A stretch of 64,000 bases of DNA from positions 129,077-193,076 of the forward strand of contig CBDBGH010000001.1 in assembly GCA_965205265.1 (NCBI GenBank), in the 5' to 3' direction. Position numbers and translations under genes: made by a program. The first letter of the stretch is position 1. Every line of letters begins with the position of its first letter. This document shows, piece after piece, positions 19,463 through 29,035 of the stretch. This DNA is from Alphaproteobacteria bacterium. GTDB taxonomy: Bacteria > Pseudomonadota > Alphaproteobacteria > Bin95. The notes beneath the pieces were generated by a model. That model did not search any database, had not been told where the DNA came from, and saw only the letters and a program-made list of their open reading frames with translations.

Positions 19463-20835
19463 CGGTGACGGACAGGCCCGAGCGGATCGGCTACGTCGGG
19501 ACCGACGGCGGGCTCCGGCTCGCGGCCGGGCTCTCCTGGAGGGCGGTGGCGACGGATCCGACCTGGCGGATCGGCGCGACCGGACTCGCGCTTGTCCACG
19601 CGGAAGGGGGGTCGGCGGAGGAGGGCCGCTACGCGCGGACCCAGGACATGGCGGCCGAGGGTGCGTCGTCGCTGCTCCTTGCGCTTGCCCGGTGCCTCAC
19701 GGAGGCGGGCGATGGCGGCCCGCTGGCGGAGGGGGGCGACTGGCTGTTCGTCGCCCGCACCGATCCTGACAGCGCACATCCCGAAGGCCGCCACTGGCTG
19801 GCCCAGGCGAGCGTCTCGGTGACGGGGGACGCGACCGTCACCGCGGTTCCGCTCGCCCGTCCGGAGGAGTGCCACGATTCGTTCGACGGCCTCATGCAGG
19901 CGGTGACCGAGATCTCCTCCGTCTGGATCGTGGCGGGTCTGGCGGTCATGGACACCGATCCGTTCGCCGACCGGGTCACGGAGGCGCTGGTGGCGGCGGG
20001 CGTGTTCGACGCCGCCCGCATCCGTCGCGTGTCGCCGAGGGCTGACGGCCTTCCGGTCTTCACGAGGTTCAGGCGCATGCCCGTCGCCACTGTGGCGGTG
20101 GCCATGTCCGCGGCGGGGGCCGCGCTTGTGGCGGCTCTGTTGCTGCCGGGCCTGCTCTCCTCCCTGATGGCGGCCGCGCCGCCGCCGCCGGTGCAGCTGG
20201 CCCGCGCCACCGTCGCCGACGGCGCGTTCCGTTCGGCGTGTTCCGGCAGCCTGTCGGACTGGTGGCCGCGTGTGGTCGGCTGGCGGACGCGCTCCTCGGG
20301 CTGCGCCCTCGCCGGCCACGTCCCTGCCCGGATCGGGATTGCCCCGCCACGGATCTCCCCTGCGGAGCCCGGGGCCGCGATGCTGTCCTGGCGGCGGCTG
20401 GAGCTCGAGGACAGCGCGAATCCGGTGCTTGCGGCGGGCGCCGCCGAGCGGGTCCTGGCCGACTGGCCGCATGGCTACATCCGGGAGGCGCGGGCGGTCA
20501 CGCTCTGGCGTCCGTTCACGTTGCCGCTGGTGGCGGAGTCCCCGCCGGAACACGCTCCGGAGGACGTCCCGTCCGCCCGTCTACGGAAGCTCTGGGCGGA
20601 CACGCCCGGCGCCGTACGGGAAGGGCAGGGGGGATTCACGGTCACCGCGCCCGGAGCGCCGGATGACCTGCTCGCCCGGGCCTCGCGGGTCCCCGATCTG
20701 GCGCCCGTCCTGCTCGATGTGCCTGAGACGGGTCCCGCCACCATGGTGCTGCGCCCGCCCCAATCCCGGAACCTTCCCGCCGCCCTTCTCGCCGGACCCC
20801 GGGCGGCCACCGTCAACGAAAGGAACGGACCATGA
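19459..20835 (+). CDS. type IVb pilus assembly protein (PilO-like)
   Basis: LAAGLSW N-terminus, central TM helix, coupled after pilN. Confidence 0.55.
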   Translation: MTVTDRPERIGYVGTDGGLRLAAGLSWRAVATDPTWRIGATGLALVHAEGGSAEEGRYARTQDMAAEGASSLLLALARCLTEAGDGGPLAEGGDWLFVARTDPDSAHPEGRHWLAQASVSVTGDATVTAVPLARPEECHDSFDGLMQAVTEISSVWIVAGLAVMDTDPFADRVTEALVAAGVFDAARIRRVSPRADGLPVFTRFRRMPVATVAVAMSAAGAALVAALLLPGLLSSLMAAAPPPPVQLARATVADGAFRSACSGSLSDWWPRVVGWRTRSSGCALAGHVPARIGIAPPRISPAEPGAAMLSWRRLELEDSANPVLAAGAAERVLADWPHGYIREARAVTLWRPFTLPLVAESPPEHAPEDVPSARLRKLWADTPGAVREGQGGFTVTAPGAPDDLLARASRVPDLAPVLLDVPETGPATMVLRPPQSRNLPAALLAGPRAATVNERNGP

Positions 20836-23594
20836 GAAAGACGGCGCGCGGTGCGCTTCTCGCGACCACGGCGCTGGCCGCGCTTCCGGCGCTTCCGGCG
20901 ACGGCCCTCCAGGGGATCGACTGCGAGCGCATTCCGGCCCGGTACAGCGGGCGGGCGCTGTGCGAGGCGGACCGGGCGACGGCGCTTCACTACGCACGGC
21001 AGCTGGAGGCGGTGCGCGACAGGGTCCTGCGCGCCCTCGCGACGCTTCCGGCGGCGGAGAGGGCGTCGCTGGTGGCCCATCTTGAGACCGACGACCGGAT
21101 CGGTGACTGGCGTCCGCCGCCCGGCGCCCCGGCCTGGGTGTGGTCGGAATACTCCCGGGGGCTGCTGGACACGCTGGGGATCGACGCCTCCGCATGGGAC
21201 ATTCGCGTACGTGGCTGCGGCGGACGGCTGGGCTGGATGGCGGCCTACTACGGATCCGGGGCGCTGAAGGCCCGCTGGGATGGTGGCCGCATCCAGCGCG
21301 CGGCGGAGGAATGGACGGCGACCCGCCTCGTGGATCCGGAGGGCGTTCCCCGGACGGTCTCCGGCGCGGTGGGCTCCCCGGCGGCCCGGCGGCCGGACGG
21401 GACGGCGCAGGCGCTGGACGGCTGCCTGGATTCGGTGTCGGCGTACGGCTCCCCGATGCCCCGCGGCGCGGCCGCGCTGCACGGCGTGATGGTGTGGCCG
21501 CTGGAGGTCGCGCGGGCCTCGGCGCGCGATCCGTCGACGCTCGACTGCGGCTGGAACCTCTTCCCGGTGCCTGACAGGTGTCGGCCACCCCCACCCCCGC
21601 CGCCTCCTCCGGACCCATGGTGGACGTGGTGGCGGCCAACTCCTCCGCCACCGCCGCCTCCACCCGCCCCGAAGGAACCGCCAGCGCCGGCCCCGAAGGA
21701 GCCACCGGAGACGGGGACGGAAGACCCGCCCACCCCTCCGCCGCCGAGGAAGCCGCCGCCCGTCGACCGCCGCCCGCCCGAGCGGCAGGGCGATGACAGC
21801 CGCGACGAGCCGGACAGAAGCTTCGACGTGGACGGTGACGGCCGCGGCGACTACCGCACCAGCGGCGATGCCAGAAGGGCCGGTTACTCGAGCAGGGAGA
21901 TACGGACGGTCGAGAGCGACTGCCAGAGCTGCAACGGGCCGTCGCGGCGATCAGACAGGGATGACGGCGACGATGACCGTGGCGGGGGCGGCTGCTTCCT
22001 GACCACGGCGGTGACCTCGATGCGCGGCGAACCCGACGACGGACCGACGCTCACCCTGCTCAGGGCGTTCCGCGATGGCTGGCTCTCGCGCCGGCCCGAC
22101 GGTCCGGCGCTGCTCGCCGCCTACTACGACATCGCCCCGCGCATCGTGGCTGCCATCCCGCCCGGCCATCCTGAATGGGAGCGGATCGCGGCGGATGTGG
22201 ATCTCGCGGCGTTCCTGATCGCCGCCGGGGAACCCGCGTCCGCATTCGCCGTCTACCGCTCCATGGTGGTCCGCCTGATTCGCGGCTGGCTGCCCGGGAC
22301 GGCGCCCGGTCGCAAGGGAAAATGGAAGGAGTCCGGACATGAGGATCATGAAAGTCCTGGCGGCGGCGCTGTCACTCTCCGCCTGCGCAATGGCGCAGCC
22401 GACCAGCCATGCCGAGTGGCGCGGGATCGACGGGACCCATCGCCAGCGCCCGAGCTGGCCGCACCCGCCGGTGAACCTGACCCCGGATGGCCATCTGGAA
22501 CTGTTCCGGGACGCGGTGTTCGTGCACGACATGTGGGGGTACCCCCCTGTCCAGGTGCAGTTTTACGGACGCGACGGAAGGTACCTCCGGTGCAATACCG
22601 ACGACGACGGCTACTTCTGGAGGGAGAACACCTGGAAACCGGTCGTGGAGGCTCGGAGGAACGGGGTGACGCCGCTGCTCCACGCGCCGGGTGGCGGCGC
22701 GGAGGGTCACCCGCGGCTGGGCCATCTCTACGACGGCCACACCGGCGAGCTGGCGTCGTTCACCGAATGGCGGCGGCGCTGGTGGGACTGGCAGACGGGC
22801 CATCTGCAGAGACGGCTGCCGGCGGCGGTCCGGGATCTCTGCCCGGGGTTCCCGTCGGCGGAGGAACTCGGGATCGGGATCAACCACGCGCAGACCGCCC
22901 TGTCCTACGACGAACTGGTGGCGCAGGATCCCGGCGACAGGATCCTCCGCCCGGACCTCATGGCGCCGGACGCGGTCAGACCCTACGAGTGACGCTCTCC
23001 GCGCTCGCCGCCGCGGCTCTGCTGGCGGCGGCGGCGGACGCCCGGGATGTCGTGACGCAGGCCACCCCGTCCGACGCGGCGCGGTGGCTCGCGGCGTACG
23101 GTGCCCTGATGCGCCTGCACAGCGGACGGCAGGTCCGCCTCGCCGGCGGCGCCGACCTCGTTCCCTACGCCCCGCTTTCGGCGGTGTGGGCGGTCGCTAA
23201 GGGAAGACCGGAATCGCCGGTCGTCTCGGCGGGGGCCATCCGCGTCGGAGGGACGGATGACGTGCCGACCATCACCGTCGAATGGGAGGACGGATCGTCG
23301 ACCGGCCTCGCATGGCCTGAACCTCCACCGGAGGTCGTCCATGTCGGGGCCGTGCATCCGGTCGCCCTGTTCCATGACCGCCTGCTGGCGCTGCCGCTGG
23401 GACGGGACATCGGCGGAATTCCGGCCGGTGGCCGCTTCGCCGTCGACGGAACGGTGATCCTCCCCGGCGGGAAGCTCTCCGTTCCGCTGCGCTGGTCGAG
23501 CTTCGGGGACATGATCGTGGTCACCGGTGCCGACGGAACGCGGCGGTCGCTGCCATGGACCGAGGTCGACAGGGCGCTCGGAGGTACGGGATGA
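20832..23594 (+). CDS. exported Pro-rich protein with CFI-box-CTERM-like domain (ORF probably reads through its natural end near 22300)
   Basis: Signal peptide; poly-Pro stalk; DVDGDGRGDY; GGGGCFLTTA...LRAFRD..L....G..L...YY.IAP. Confidence 0.6.
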   Translation: MRKTARGALLATTALAALPALPATALQGIDCERIPARYSGRALCEADRATALHYARQLEAVRDRVLRALATLPAAERASLVAHLETDDRIGDWRPPPGAPAWVWSEYSRGLLDTLGIDASAWDIRVRGCGGRLGWMAAYYGSGALKARWDGGRIQRAAEEWTATRLVDPEGVPRTVSGAVGSPAARRPDGTAQALDGCLDSVSAYGSPMPRGAAALHGVMVWPLEVARASARDPSTLDCGWNLFPVPDRCRPPPPPPPPPDPWWTWWRPTPPPPPPPPAPKEPPAPAPKEPPETGTEDPPTPPPPRKPPPVDRRPPERQGDDSRDEPDRSFDVDGDGRGDYRTSGDARRAGYSSREIRTVESDCQSCNGPSRRSDRDDGDDDRGGGGCFLTTAVTSMRGEPDDGPTLTLLRAFRDGWLSRRPDGPALLAAYYDIAPRIVAAIPPGHPEWERIAADVDLAAFLIAAGEPASAFAVYRSMVVRLIRGWLPGTAPGRKGKWKESGHEDHESPGGGAVTLRLRNGAADQPCRVARDRRDPSPAPELAAPAGEPDPGWPSGTVPGRGVRARHVGVPPCPGAVLRTRRKVPPVQYRRRRLLLEGEHLETGRGGSEERGDAAAPRAGWRRGGSPAAGPSLRRPHRRAGVVHRMAAALVGLADGPSAETAAGGGPGSLPGVPVGGGTRDRDQPRADRPVLRRTGGAGSRRQDPPPGPHGAGRGQTLRVTLSALAAAALLAAAADARDVVTQATPSDAARWLAAYGALMRLHSGRQVRLAGGADLVPYAPLSAVWAVAKGRPESPVVSAGAIRVGGTDDVPTITVEWEDGSSTGLAWPEPPPEVVHVGAVHPVALFHDRLLALPLGRDIGGIPAGGRFAVDGTVILPGGKLSVPLRWSSFGDMIVVTGADGTRRSLPWTEVDRALGGTG
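22339..22992 (+). CDS. hypothetical lipoprotein/exported protein
   Basis: AAGGAG RBS; MRIMKVLAAALSLSAC signal; Trp/Tyr-rich protein-like composition. Confidence 0.65.
   Translation: MRIMKVLAAALSLSACAMAQPTSHAEWRGIDGTHRQRPSWPHPPVNLTPDGHLELFRDAVFVHDMWGYPPVQVQFYGRDGRYLRCNTDDDGYFWRENTWKPVVEARRNGVTPLLHAPGGGAEGHPRLGHLYDGHTGELASFTEWRRRWWDWQTGHLQRRLPAAVRDLCPGFPSAEELGIGINHAQTALSYDELVAQDPGDRILRPDLMAPDAVRPYE
22989..23594 (+). CDS. hypothetical exported protein
   Basis: GTGA coupling to the previous gene; signal-like TLSALAAAALLAAAADA. Confidence 0.5.
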   Translation: MTLSALAAAALLAAAADARDVVTQATPSDAARWLAAYGALMRLHSGRQVRLAGGADLVPYAPLSAVWAVAKGRPESPVVSAGAIRVGGTDDVPTITVEWEDGSSTGLAWPEPPPEVVHVGAVHPVALFHDRLLALPLGRDIGGIPAGGRFAVDGTVILPGGKLSVPLRWSSFGDMIVVTGADGTRRSLPWTEVDRALGGTG

Positions 23595-23671
23595 CGGGTG
23601 TGGGCGTTCCGTTCGGGGGAAAAGCCGCCGCCAGCGGAGCGTCGGCGCGCGCCGTTCCGGTCCAGGTGTCC

Positions 23672-24031
23672 CTAGCCGAGATACTGGACGGCGGCGATGA
23701 TGCCCGCCAGAACGGTCATCCAGACGCCGAGACGCACAGTGACGGTGTTCGCCAGCGCGGCGATCTCCGTCCGGATTTCGGCTGCGACCCTGTCGATTTT
23801 CGCGTCCAGTCGGACCATTTCCTCCCGCAGCCCGGCGATGCTTCCGTCGAGGCGGTTCGCCTCCTGCGTGATCCGGGCATCGAGCGTGTTCCGCACCCGC
23901 TCGAGGTCGAAGGCTGTGGCGGCGGCGGGGCTGGCCGTCTCGACAACCGTCCCGCCGGTCCCGCGCTCCATCCCTTCGGTGGCGCTGCGGTCACGGGCCC
24001 TGTGGTTTTCAGTTTGGGCGACGTCAGCCAT
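23672..24031 (-). CDS. DUF1640/CCDC90-like coiled-coil protein with C-terminal membrane anchor
   Basis: AAGGA RBS; heptad coiled coil followed by TVRLGVWMTVLAGIIAAVQYLG. Confidence 0.7.
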   Translation of the reverse strand: MADVAQTENHRARDRSATEGMERGTGGTVVETASPAAATAFDLERVRNTLDARITQEANRLDGSIAGLREEMVRLDAKIDRVAAEIRTEIAALANTVTVRLGVWMTVLAGIIAAVQYLG

Positions 24032-24053
24032 GGTTCGGATTCCTTCACTGCGC

Positions 24054-24083
24054 ACTATAGCCCATTCCGGCTCGGAGACGCAA
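24054..24083 (-). promoter_or_regulatory. putative sigma70 promoter of the antisense gene
   Basis: TTGCGT-N18-TATAGT on the minus strand. Confidence 0.5.
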
Positions 24084-24112
24084 GCCCCGTCCGCCGCGGA
24101 TCCGGCCCGGTC

Positions 24113-24892
24113 GTGGTGGCCCTTGCGGCCGCCATGGCGCTATCGGCGGCCGCCGTGCATGCCCAGGGCATCGCCACACTCGGGCAGGAGGACGGCTTCC
24201 GTGCGCGTCTCGGTGACTGCCCGGTCGAGCAGCTCCGCGCGGCGTGGGGAGGGATGTCGACCCTGGAGGCCGCCGCCGTCGAGGCGGAGGTCCTGCGCCT
24301 GTGCACCGAGCGGGCGGAGGCGATCAACCGTTTCATCCGTTCGCAGGACGAGCTCGACGTCGCGATCGGGGGTCTCGTGGCCAGACAGGCCACAGCCAAG
24401 GCACCCCCCGCCGCCAGCGACATCCTGGCCAACCCACCGGTTGACCCGGACCCGGACCGGGCGGGTGATCGGATGCCCGCCAGGTCCCCGGATTTCCCGC
24501 CCCCCGCCGCCGACGGCGTCACCATGGCCGCCCCTCCCCCTGACCGGGGAACCCCCGTCTGGCTGGTCAGCTACACCGTGCAGGCGGGAGGCGGGCCGTG
24601 GCTCGCGATGCTCCGGGGAGAGACCTGCCGCACCATCACACTGCCACCCGCCGAACCCGGCGCTCCGGCGGAAGTCCGGACGCTGTGCGATCCCACCCAC
24701 GGACTTTACGGCGTCGGTGACCCGCTTCCCGACGGCTGGCGGGTCGGGAGGATCTCGGCGGAGTCGGTCGATCTGCGGCCGCCGGAGGGGCAGGGCGATG
24801 GCATGGAGCGCATCTCCTGGAGCCGGCCGGGGGACGGCAGCAGGGCCGCCGAGGTGACGTGGAACGCGGTGCCGGAGGAAGTGTGGCAATGA
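24113..24892 (+). CDS. exported pilus accessory protein (PilP-like)
   Basis: Signal AAAMALSAAAVHAQ; C-terminal VGDPLPDGWRVGRISAESV; precedes the ATPase. Start uncertain. Confidence 0.5.
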   Translation: MVALAAAMALSAAAVHAQGIATLGQEDGFRARLGDCPVEQLRAAWGGMSTLEAAAVEAEVLRLCTERAEAINRFIRSQDELDVAIGGLVARQATAKAPPAASDILANPPVDPDPDRAGDRMPARSPDFPPPAADGVTMAAPPPDRGTPVWLVSYTVQAGGGPWLAMLRGETCRTITLPPAEPGAPAEVRTLCDPTHGLYGVGDPLPDGWRVGRISAESVDLRPPEGQGDGMERISWSRPGDGSRAAEVTWNAVPEEVWQ

Positions 24893-26538
24893 GGGCCGCG
24901 GACCGGCGGCCGACCCCGATGCTGAAGCTGTTCGGGGCGCTGGCGCGGCGTATGGCCGGCGGACGCCGCGTCCAGCCGCCGTCGAACGACCGGGGCGTCC
25001 TGCTTGTCGGAAGCGAACGGTTCAGGGAGGCCTGCGCGCTGACCATCGACGGGGTCCACCACATCGTGCCCGAATACAACCTGCCCGGGCTCTGGCTGGA
25101 GATGGCGGAGATCGGCGAGCGCTACGAGCTGCCGGACTTCAAGGGCTACGCCCCGGCCACCCTTGCCGGCATCGCCGCCATGTACGGGCGCGACAGTTCC
25201 GGCAGGATCGCGACCGCCACAGGGCTCACCGACGGCGCCCGGCGCATGATGAGGGTCATCGACGAGGCGGCCGGGCTGCGGGCGAGCGACATCAAGATCT
25301 ATGTCCGGGCCAGCCACGCCGACCTTCGCCTGAAGCTCGGCCACGCGGAACACAGCCATGGGGCCCAGTGGCAGGTCGGGGAGGCCATGGAGGCCATCGC
25401 GTGGCTCTACGACCGCAGGGACTTCGGTGACGGCGCGAGCGCGCAGCAGCTCGGGCGGCATCAGGGATTCTCGATCGGCGCGGAGCGGCGCGTGCCGCTG
25501 CCGAGGTCCGTCGCGGCCCTGCGCGGGCAGCGCGGCTTCCACGGCGAGGGCCGGGACTTCATGGCCCTTCGCCTGATCTATCGGGAGGAGGACTGCGACG
25601 CGGGACGCATCGAGGATCTGGGCTTCGACGATGACGTCCTTGAGCAGCTCGCCGTCGAGCGCGCCAGTGACACCGGCCTTGTCATCATCGGCGGATCGAC
25701 GGGCGACGGCAAGTCCACCACCCTGGTCCGGGAACTCGAGAGGCTCTACCAGGAGCGGCAGGGGCGTGTCTCCATCGTCACGATCGAGGATCCGGTCGAG
25801 TATCCGGTGGCCGGTGCCGGAATCCTGCAGATTCCCGTGCCGGTGTCGGCGGCGGGGGGGCAGAGGACGGCGGCCTTCTCCGAGACGCTCCGCTGCTTCG
25901 TCCGGATCAACCCGGACATCGGAATGGTGTCGGAGGTCCGGTCGGCCGACGACGCCCGCGAGATCCTGCAGTTCGTGATCTCCGGCCACAAGATATTCAC
26001 CACGGTCCACTCCTTCAGCGCGAACGCGGTGCTGTTCAGGCTGGTCTCGCTCGGCGTGGATCCGAAGGAACTGGCCGAGCCGGGTGTCGTCAACCTCGTC
26101 ATGCGCCAGCGCCTCGTTCCCGTCCTGTGCCCCGGATGTGCCCGCCCGGCCGAAGGCGAGGCGCGCGAGAGCGTCGCCCAATGGACGGGCAATCCGTTCG
26201 GCCGCCCGATGGTCCGCCGCCGCGAGGGCTGCTCCGACTGCCTTGCGGGAAGGGCCAGCGAGACCGCCCGGGCCGCCTGGGGCGGGCTGTCGCGGAAGAG
26301 GGCGGTCGCCGAATTCATCAGGCCCGACGACCGCTACCGCGCCCTTGTCGAGGCCCGCGACCCGCGCGGCGCCTTCGCCTACTGGCTCACGCCGGAGTCC
26401 GACGGTGGTCTGGGCGGGCGTACGGTCGACGACCGCGTCCGGGACATGGTCGCCCGGGGGGAGGTCGATTTCGAGGCGGTGACGCATACCCACCTTTCCC
26501 GCCGGTCCGGCCCCTCCAGCGGGAGGGCGGCGGCATGA
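24889..26538 (+). CDS. pilQ: pilus assembly ATPase (PilQ/GspE family)
   Basis: ASDIKI, Walker A GSTGDGKST, TIEDPVEY, NPDIGMVSEVR, SGHKIFTTVH, CxxC motifs. Confidence 0.9.
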   Translation: MRAADRRPTPMLKLFGALARRMAGGRRVQPPSNDRGVLLVGSERFREACALTIDGVHHIVPEYNLPGLWLEMAEIGERYELPDFKGYAPATLAGIAAMYGRDSSGRIATATGLTDGARRMMRVIDEAAGLRASDIKIYVRASHADLRLKLGHAEHSHGAQWQVGEAMEAIAWLYDRRDFGDGASAQQLGRHQGFSIGAERRVPLPRSVAALRGQRGFHGEGRDFMALRLIYREEDCDAGRIEDLGFDDDVLEQLAVERASDTGLVIIGGSTGDGKSTTLVRELERLYQERQGRVSIVTIEDPVEYPVAGAGILQIPVPVSAAGGQRTAAFSETLRCFVRINPDIGMVSEVRSADDAREILQFVISGHKIFTTVHSFSANAVLFRLVSLGVDPKELAEPGVVNLVMRQRLVPVLCPGCARPAEGEARESVAQWTGNPFGRPMVRRREGCSDCLAGRASETARAAWGGLSRKRAVAEFIRPDDRYRALVEARDPRGAFAYWLTPESDGGLGGRTVDDRVRDMVARGEVDFEAVTHTHLSRRSGPSSGRAAA

Positions 26539-27710
26539 GCCGCCCGGTCACCTCCCTCCCCGCGCGGGCCGCCGCGGTGATCGAAGGTCTCCGCCGGATC
26601 GACGCGGCGCTCGGGTCGGCGCTGCGGGGAGCGGCCAGAGAGCCCGGCGCACCGCTCCATGGCCCGGCCCGTCTCTGGCGCAGGATCAGGTTCCCGAAGC
26701 GGGTCAGGGCCGAGACCTGGCAGATTCTCGCCGATGCCATGGCCGGAGGCTCCGACGCGGGCCGGATGATCGAGGCGCTCGCCGAGGGCTACCGGCTCTC
26801 CGGGCAGGGAGCGGTCGCCGATGTGCTCCTTGAGATACGGGTGGGGATCGGCGAGGCGCGGCTGTCCGAGCGGATGGAGCCGTATGTCGGCACGGCCGAG
26901 CGGCTGGTGTTCGAGGGTTTCGGCGCCCATGATCCGGCCAGGATTTGCGCCAGCGCGGCCCGGGTCCTCCGCATGGAACTGGCGTTCCGGAAAGCCGTGG
27001 GCGCCGCCGTGGCCCTTCCGGCCGTGCTGCTCGCGGGCCTGCTCGGCCTGTTCTACTTCTTCGGCCTCCAGCTGCTTCCCGCGCTGGAGGAACTGGTGGA
27101 CTTCGACCTGCTGCCCGGCTTTCCGGGCGCCGTCGTCGGCCTGGCGCTCGGGTTCGCCGAGCGACCGCTCGTTCCCGCGTTCGCCGTGGCGGGCGTCGTG
27201 GCGGCGGTCGCCCTGCTGATGCGGTACTGGACAGGGTTCGGCCGGCGGGTCGCTGACCGGTTCCCGCCGTTCTCGATGCAGCGGCTGCAGGCCGGGGCGG
27301 GCTTCCTGTTCGCCGTCACCGAATACGGCAGGTCCGGGCAGGCTGTCACGACCCGGGTGCTGGAGCGCATGGCGGCGGAGGCGCCGCCCTACGCGGCCTC
27401 CAGGATCCGCGCCCTTGCGGCGGAGTTCGTTCCGGCCGGCAGCAACCTCGGCGCCGCGGCGCTTCGGGCAGGGCAGGGGTTCCCGGCCGTCGAGCTCATG
27501 GCGGTGCTCCGGGCGCTGTGGAACGAACCTGACGGGATCCAGCGCTGCGGCGGTTTCATCGAGCGGTGGATGGAGCGCGTCGAGACGACGGTGCGGGCCC
27601 GTATGGCGGTCCTCAACGGCGTTCTGCTGACGGCCGTCGCCGTCGCCCTTCTCGCCCTCATGTCGATCGCCCTGCCGATCGTCGACCAGATCAGCCGGGG
27701 GACCCTCTGA
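26535..27710 (+). CDS. pilR: inner-membrane platform protein (PilR/GspF family)
   Basis: Three TM segments in GspF-like spacing; coupled to the ATPase. Confidence 0.75.
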   Translation: MSRPVTSLPARAAAVIEGLRRIDAALGSALRGAAREPGAPLHGPARLWRRIRFPKRVRAETWQILADAMAGGSDAGRMIEALAEGYRLSGQGAVADVLLEIRVGIGEARLSERMEPYVGTAERLVFEGFGAHDPARICASAARVLRMELAFRKAVGAAVALPAVLLAGLLGLFYFFGLQLLPALEELVDFDLLPGFPGAVVGLALGFAERPLVPAFAVAGVVAAVALLMRYWTGFGRRVADRFPPFSMQRLQAGAGFLFAVTEYGRSGQAVTTRVLERMAAEAPPYAASRIRALAAEFVPAGSNLGAAALRAGQGFPAVELMAVLRALWNEPDGIQRCGGFIERWMERVETTVRARMAVLNGVLLTAVAVALLALMSIALPIVDQISRGTL

Positions 27711-27749
27711 TGGGCCGCCCGCAGCCTAAACCGGAAAGGGAGTCTTTCA

Positions 27750-28376
27750 ATGCCTACACCCATCCTTAACCGCCTTGGCCGCGCGAGGGTCTCCGTCGTC
27801 CGCCTCCCCGGCCGTCCGTCACACCCCGCCCGGCTTCCCCGGCGGGCCCGTCGCGGTCTCATCAACGTGCTGCTGACGGTCGCGGTCATCGCCGCCGCGA
27901 TGATCGGCATCCTCGCCATATACAACCAGGTGAACACCTCGATATCGACCAGCTCGGTCCAGAACCTGGTGACCACGATGGAGGCCGAGATCCGGCGGGC
28001 CTACGCCAGCGCTCCGCAGTACACCGGCGACATCGACGAGTTCATCGAGGCCTCCCTGCCGTCCTCGGCCCTCAACGGCGAAGGCGCCGACCGCGAGATC
28101 GTCACGCCGTGGGGCGGCGCTGTCCAGGCTGGCGGCGGCACCACGCCCGGCACCGACACTGACAGCCCCAACAGGTTCTGGATCCTTGTGGCGGGCCTGC
28201 CGGAGCGGGCCTGCGAATCGCTGGCGAACGCGTTTCTCGACCTGAGCTCGGTCCAGGCGATCCAGACGGGCACCGGCCGGCGCGGCAACCTCGCCGCCCG
28301 GACCGATTCCGACGAGATCTCGGACGGATGTGCCGCTGCGGACAACAACCGTGTCGCGGTCATCTTCAGGGGCTGA
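27750..28376 (+). CDS. pilS: type IVb major prepilin (PilS-like)
   Basis: Long basic leader RRARRG/LINVLLTVAVIAAAM; TPWGG and GLPERAC motifs; C-terminal Cys pair. Confidence 0.75.
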   Translation: MPTPILNRLGRARVSVVRLPGRPSHPARLPRRARRGLINVLLTVAVIAAAMIGILAIYNQVNTSISTSSVQNLVTTMEAEIRRAYASAPQYTGDIDEFIEASLPSSALNGEGADREIVTPWGGAVQAGGGTTPGTDTDSPNRFWILVAGLPERACESLANAFLDLSSVQAIQTGTGRRGNLAARTDSDEISDGCAAADNNRVAVIFRG

Positions 28377-28381
28377 TACGG

Positions 28382-29035
28382 ATGCGCCGCCCCTGCGCCT
28401 GTCCGACGGCCGTGCGGGCCTCCCGCGCGCGGAGGGGCCTGGCGGCGCTGTCGGCGGTGGCGATGGTCACCGTCATCGCCGCGCTGGCGGTGGTGACCCT
28501 GCAGGTCCGGGAAGGCCGCGGCCGCATGGAGGGCCGGGCGTTCCTGGTCGCCGATGTCGCCGCCGCCGAGGGCCGGGCGCTGCATCACTGGCTCCATCAG
28601 GCGCAGGCCGGAGCGGCGTTCGCCCTGCCGGCGACCGGGTCGGCACGGCGGCTTTCCCCCGCCGAAACGGCAGCGGCGGAGGCCGATCCCTCCGGCGCTC
28701 CCTGGCGGACGCCTCCGCGTGGCTGGACAGCCATCCGGCTGGTCGCGACACCCTCCGGGCAGGGAGGGCCGGAACGCGCGTTCGGAATACTCGTTCTCCG
28801 GCCCGCCGCGCGGGTCACCGACCCTCAGCGGACCAAGGCCGTCTCGCGGCTGCGGGAAGCGGTGGACGGGGGCGCGGCCGCGCTGGCCGCGACGGTGCCT
28901 GGACTGGCGTTCAACGACGCCCGCGACATCGCGGTCTTCGCGCATCCCTTCTGGCAGCTGGACACCGGGTGGATCCTCAGGGAGCCGCGGTCGGGCCACC
29001 CGCCAGAGGCCATGGTCACCCGGGGCGTTCCGTGA
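28382..29035 (+). CDS. minor pilin-like protein
   Basis: RARRG/LAALSAVAMVTVIAALAVV class III signal-like N-terminus. Confidence 0.55.
   Translation: MRRPCACPTAVRASRARRGLAALSAVAMVTVIAALAVVTLQVREGRGRMEGRAFLVADVAAAEGRALHHWLHQAQAGAAFALPATGSARRLSPAETAAAEADPSGAPWRTPPRGWTAIRLVATPSGQGGPERAFGILVLRPAARVTDPQRTKAVSRLREAVDGGAAALAATVPGLAFNDARDIAVFAHPFWQLDTGWILREPRSGHPPEAMVTRGVP

Noticed and set aside
23555-24112. N-terminal part of the 445-aa plus-strand ORF
   Set aside because: Antisense shadow of the coiled-coil gene 23672-24031; the real protein starts at the later signal peptide
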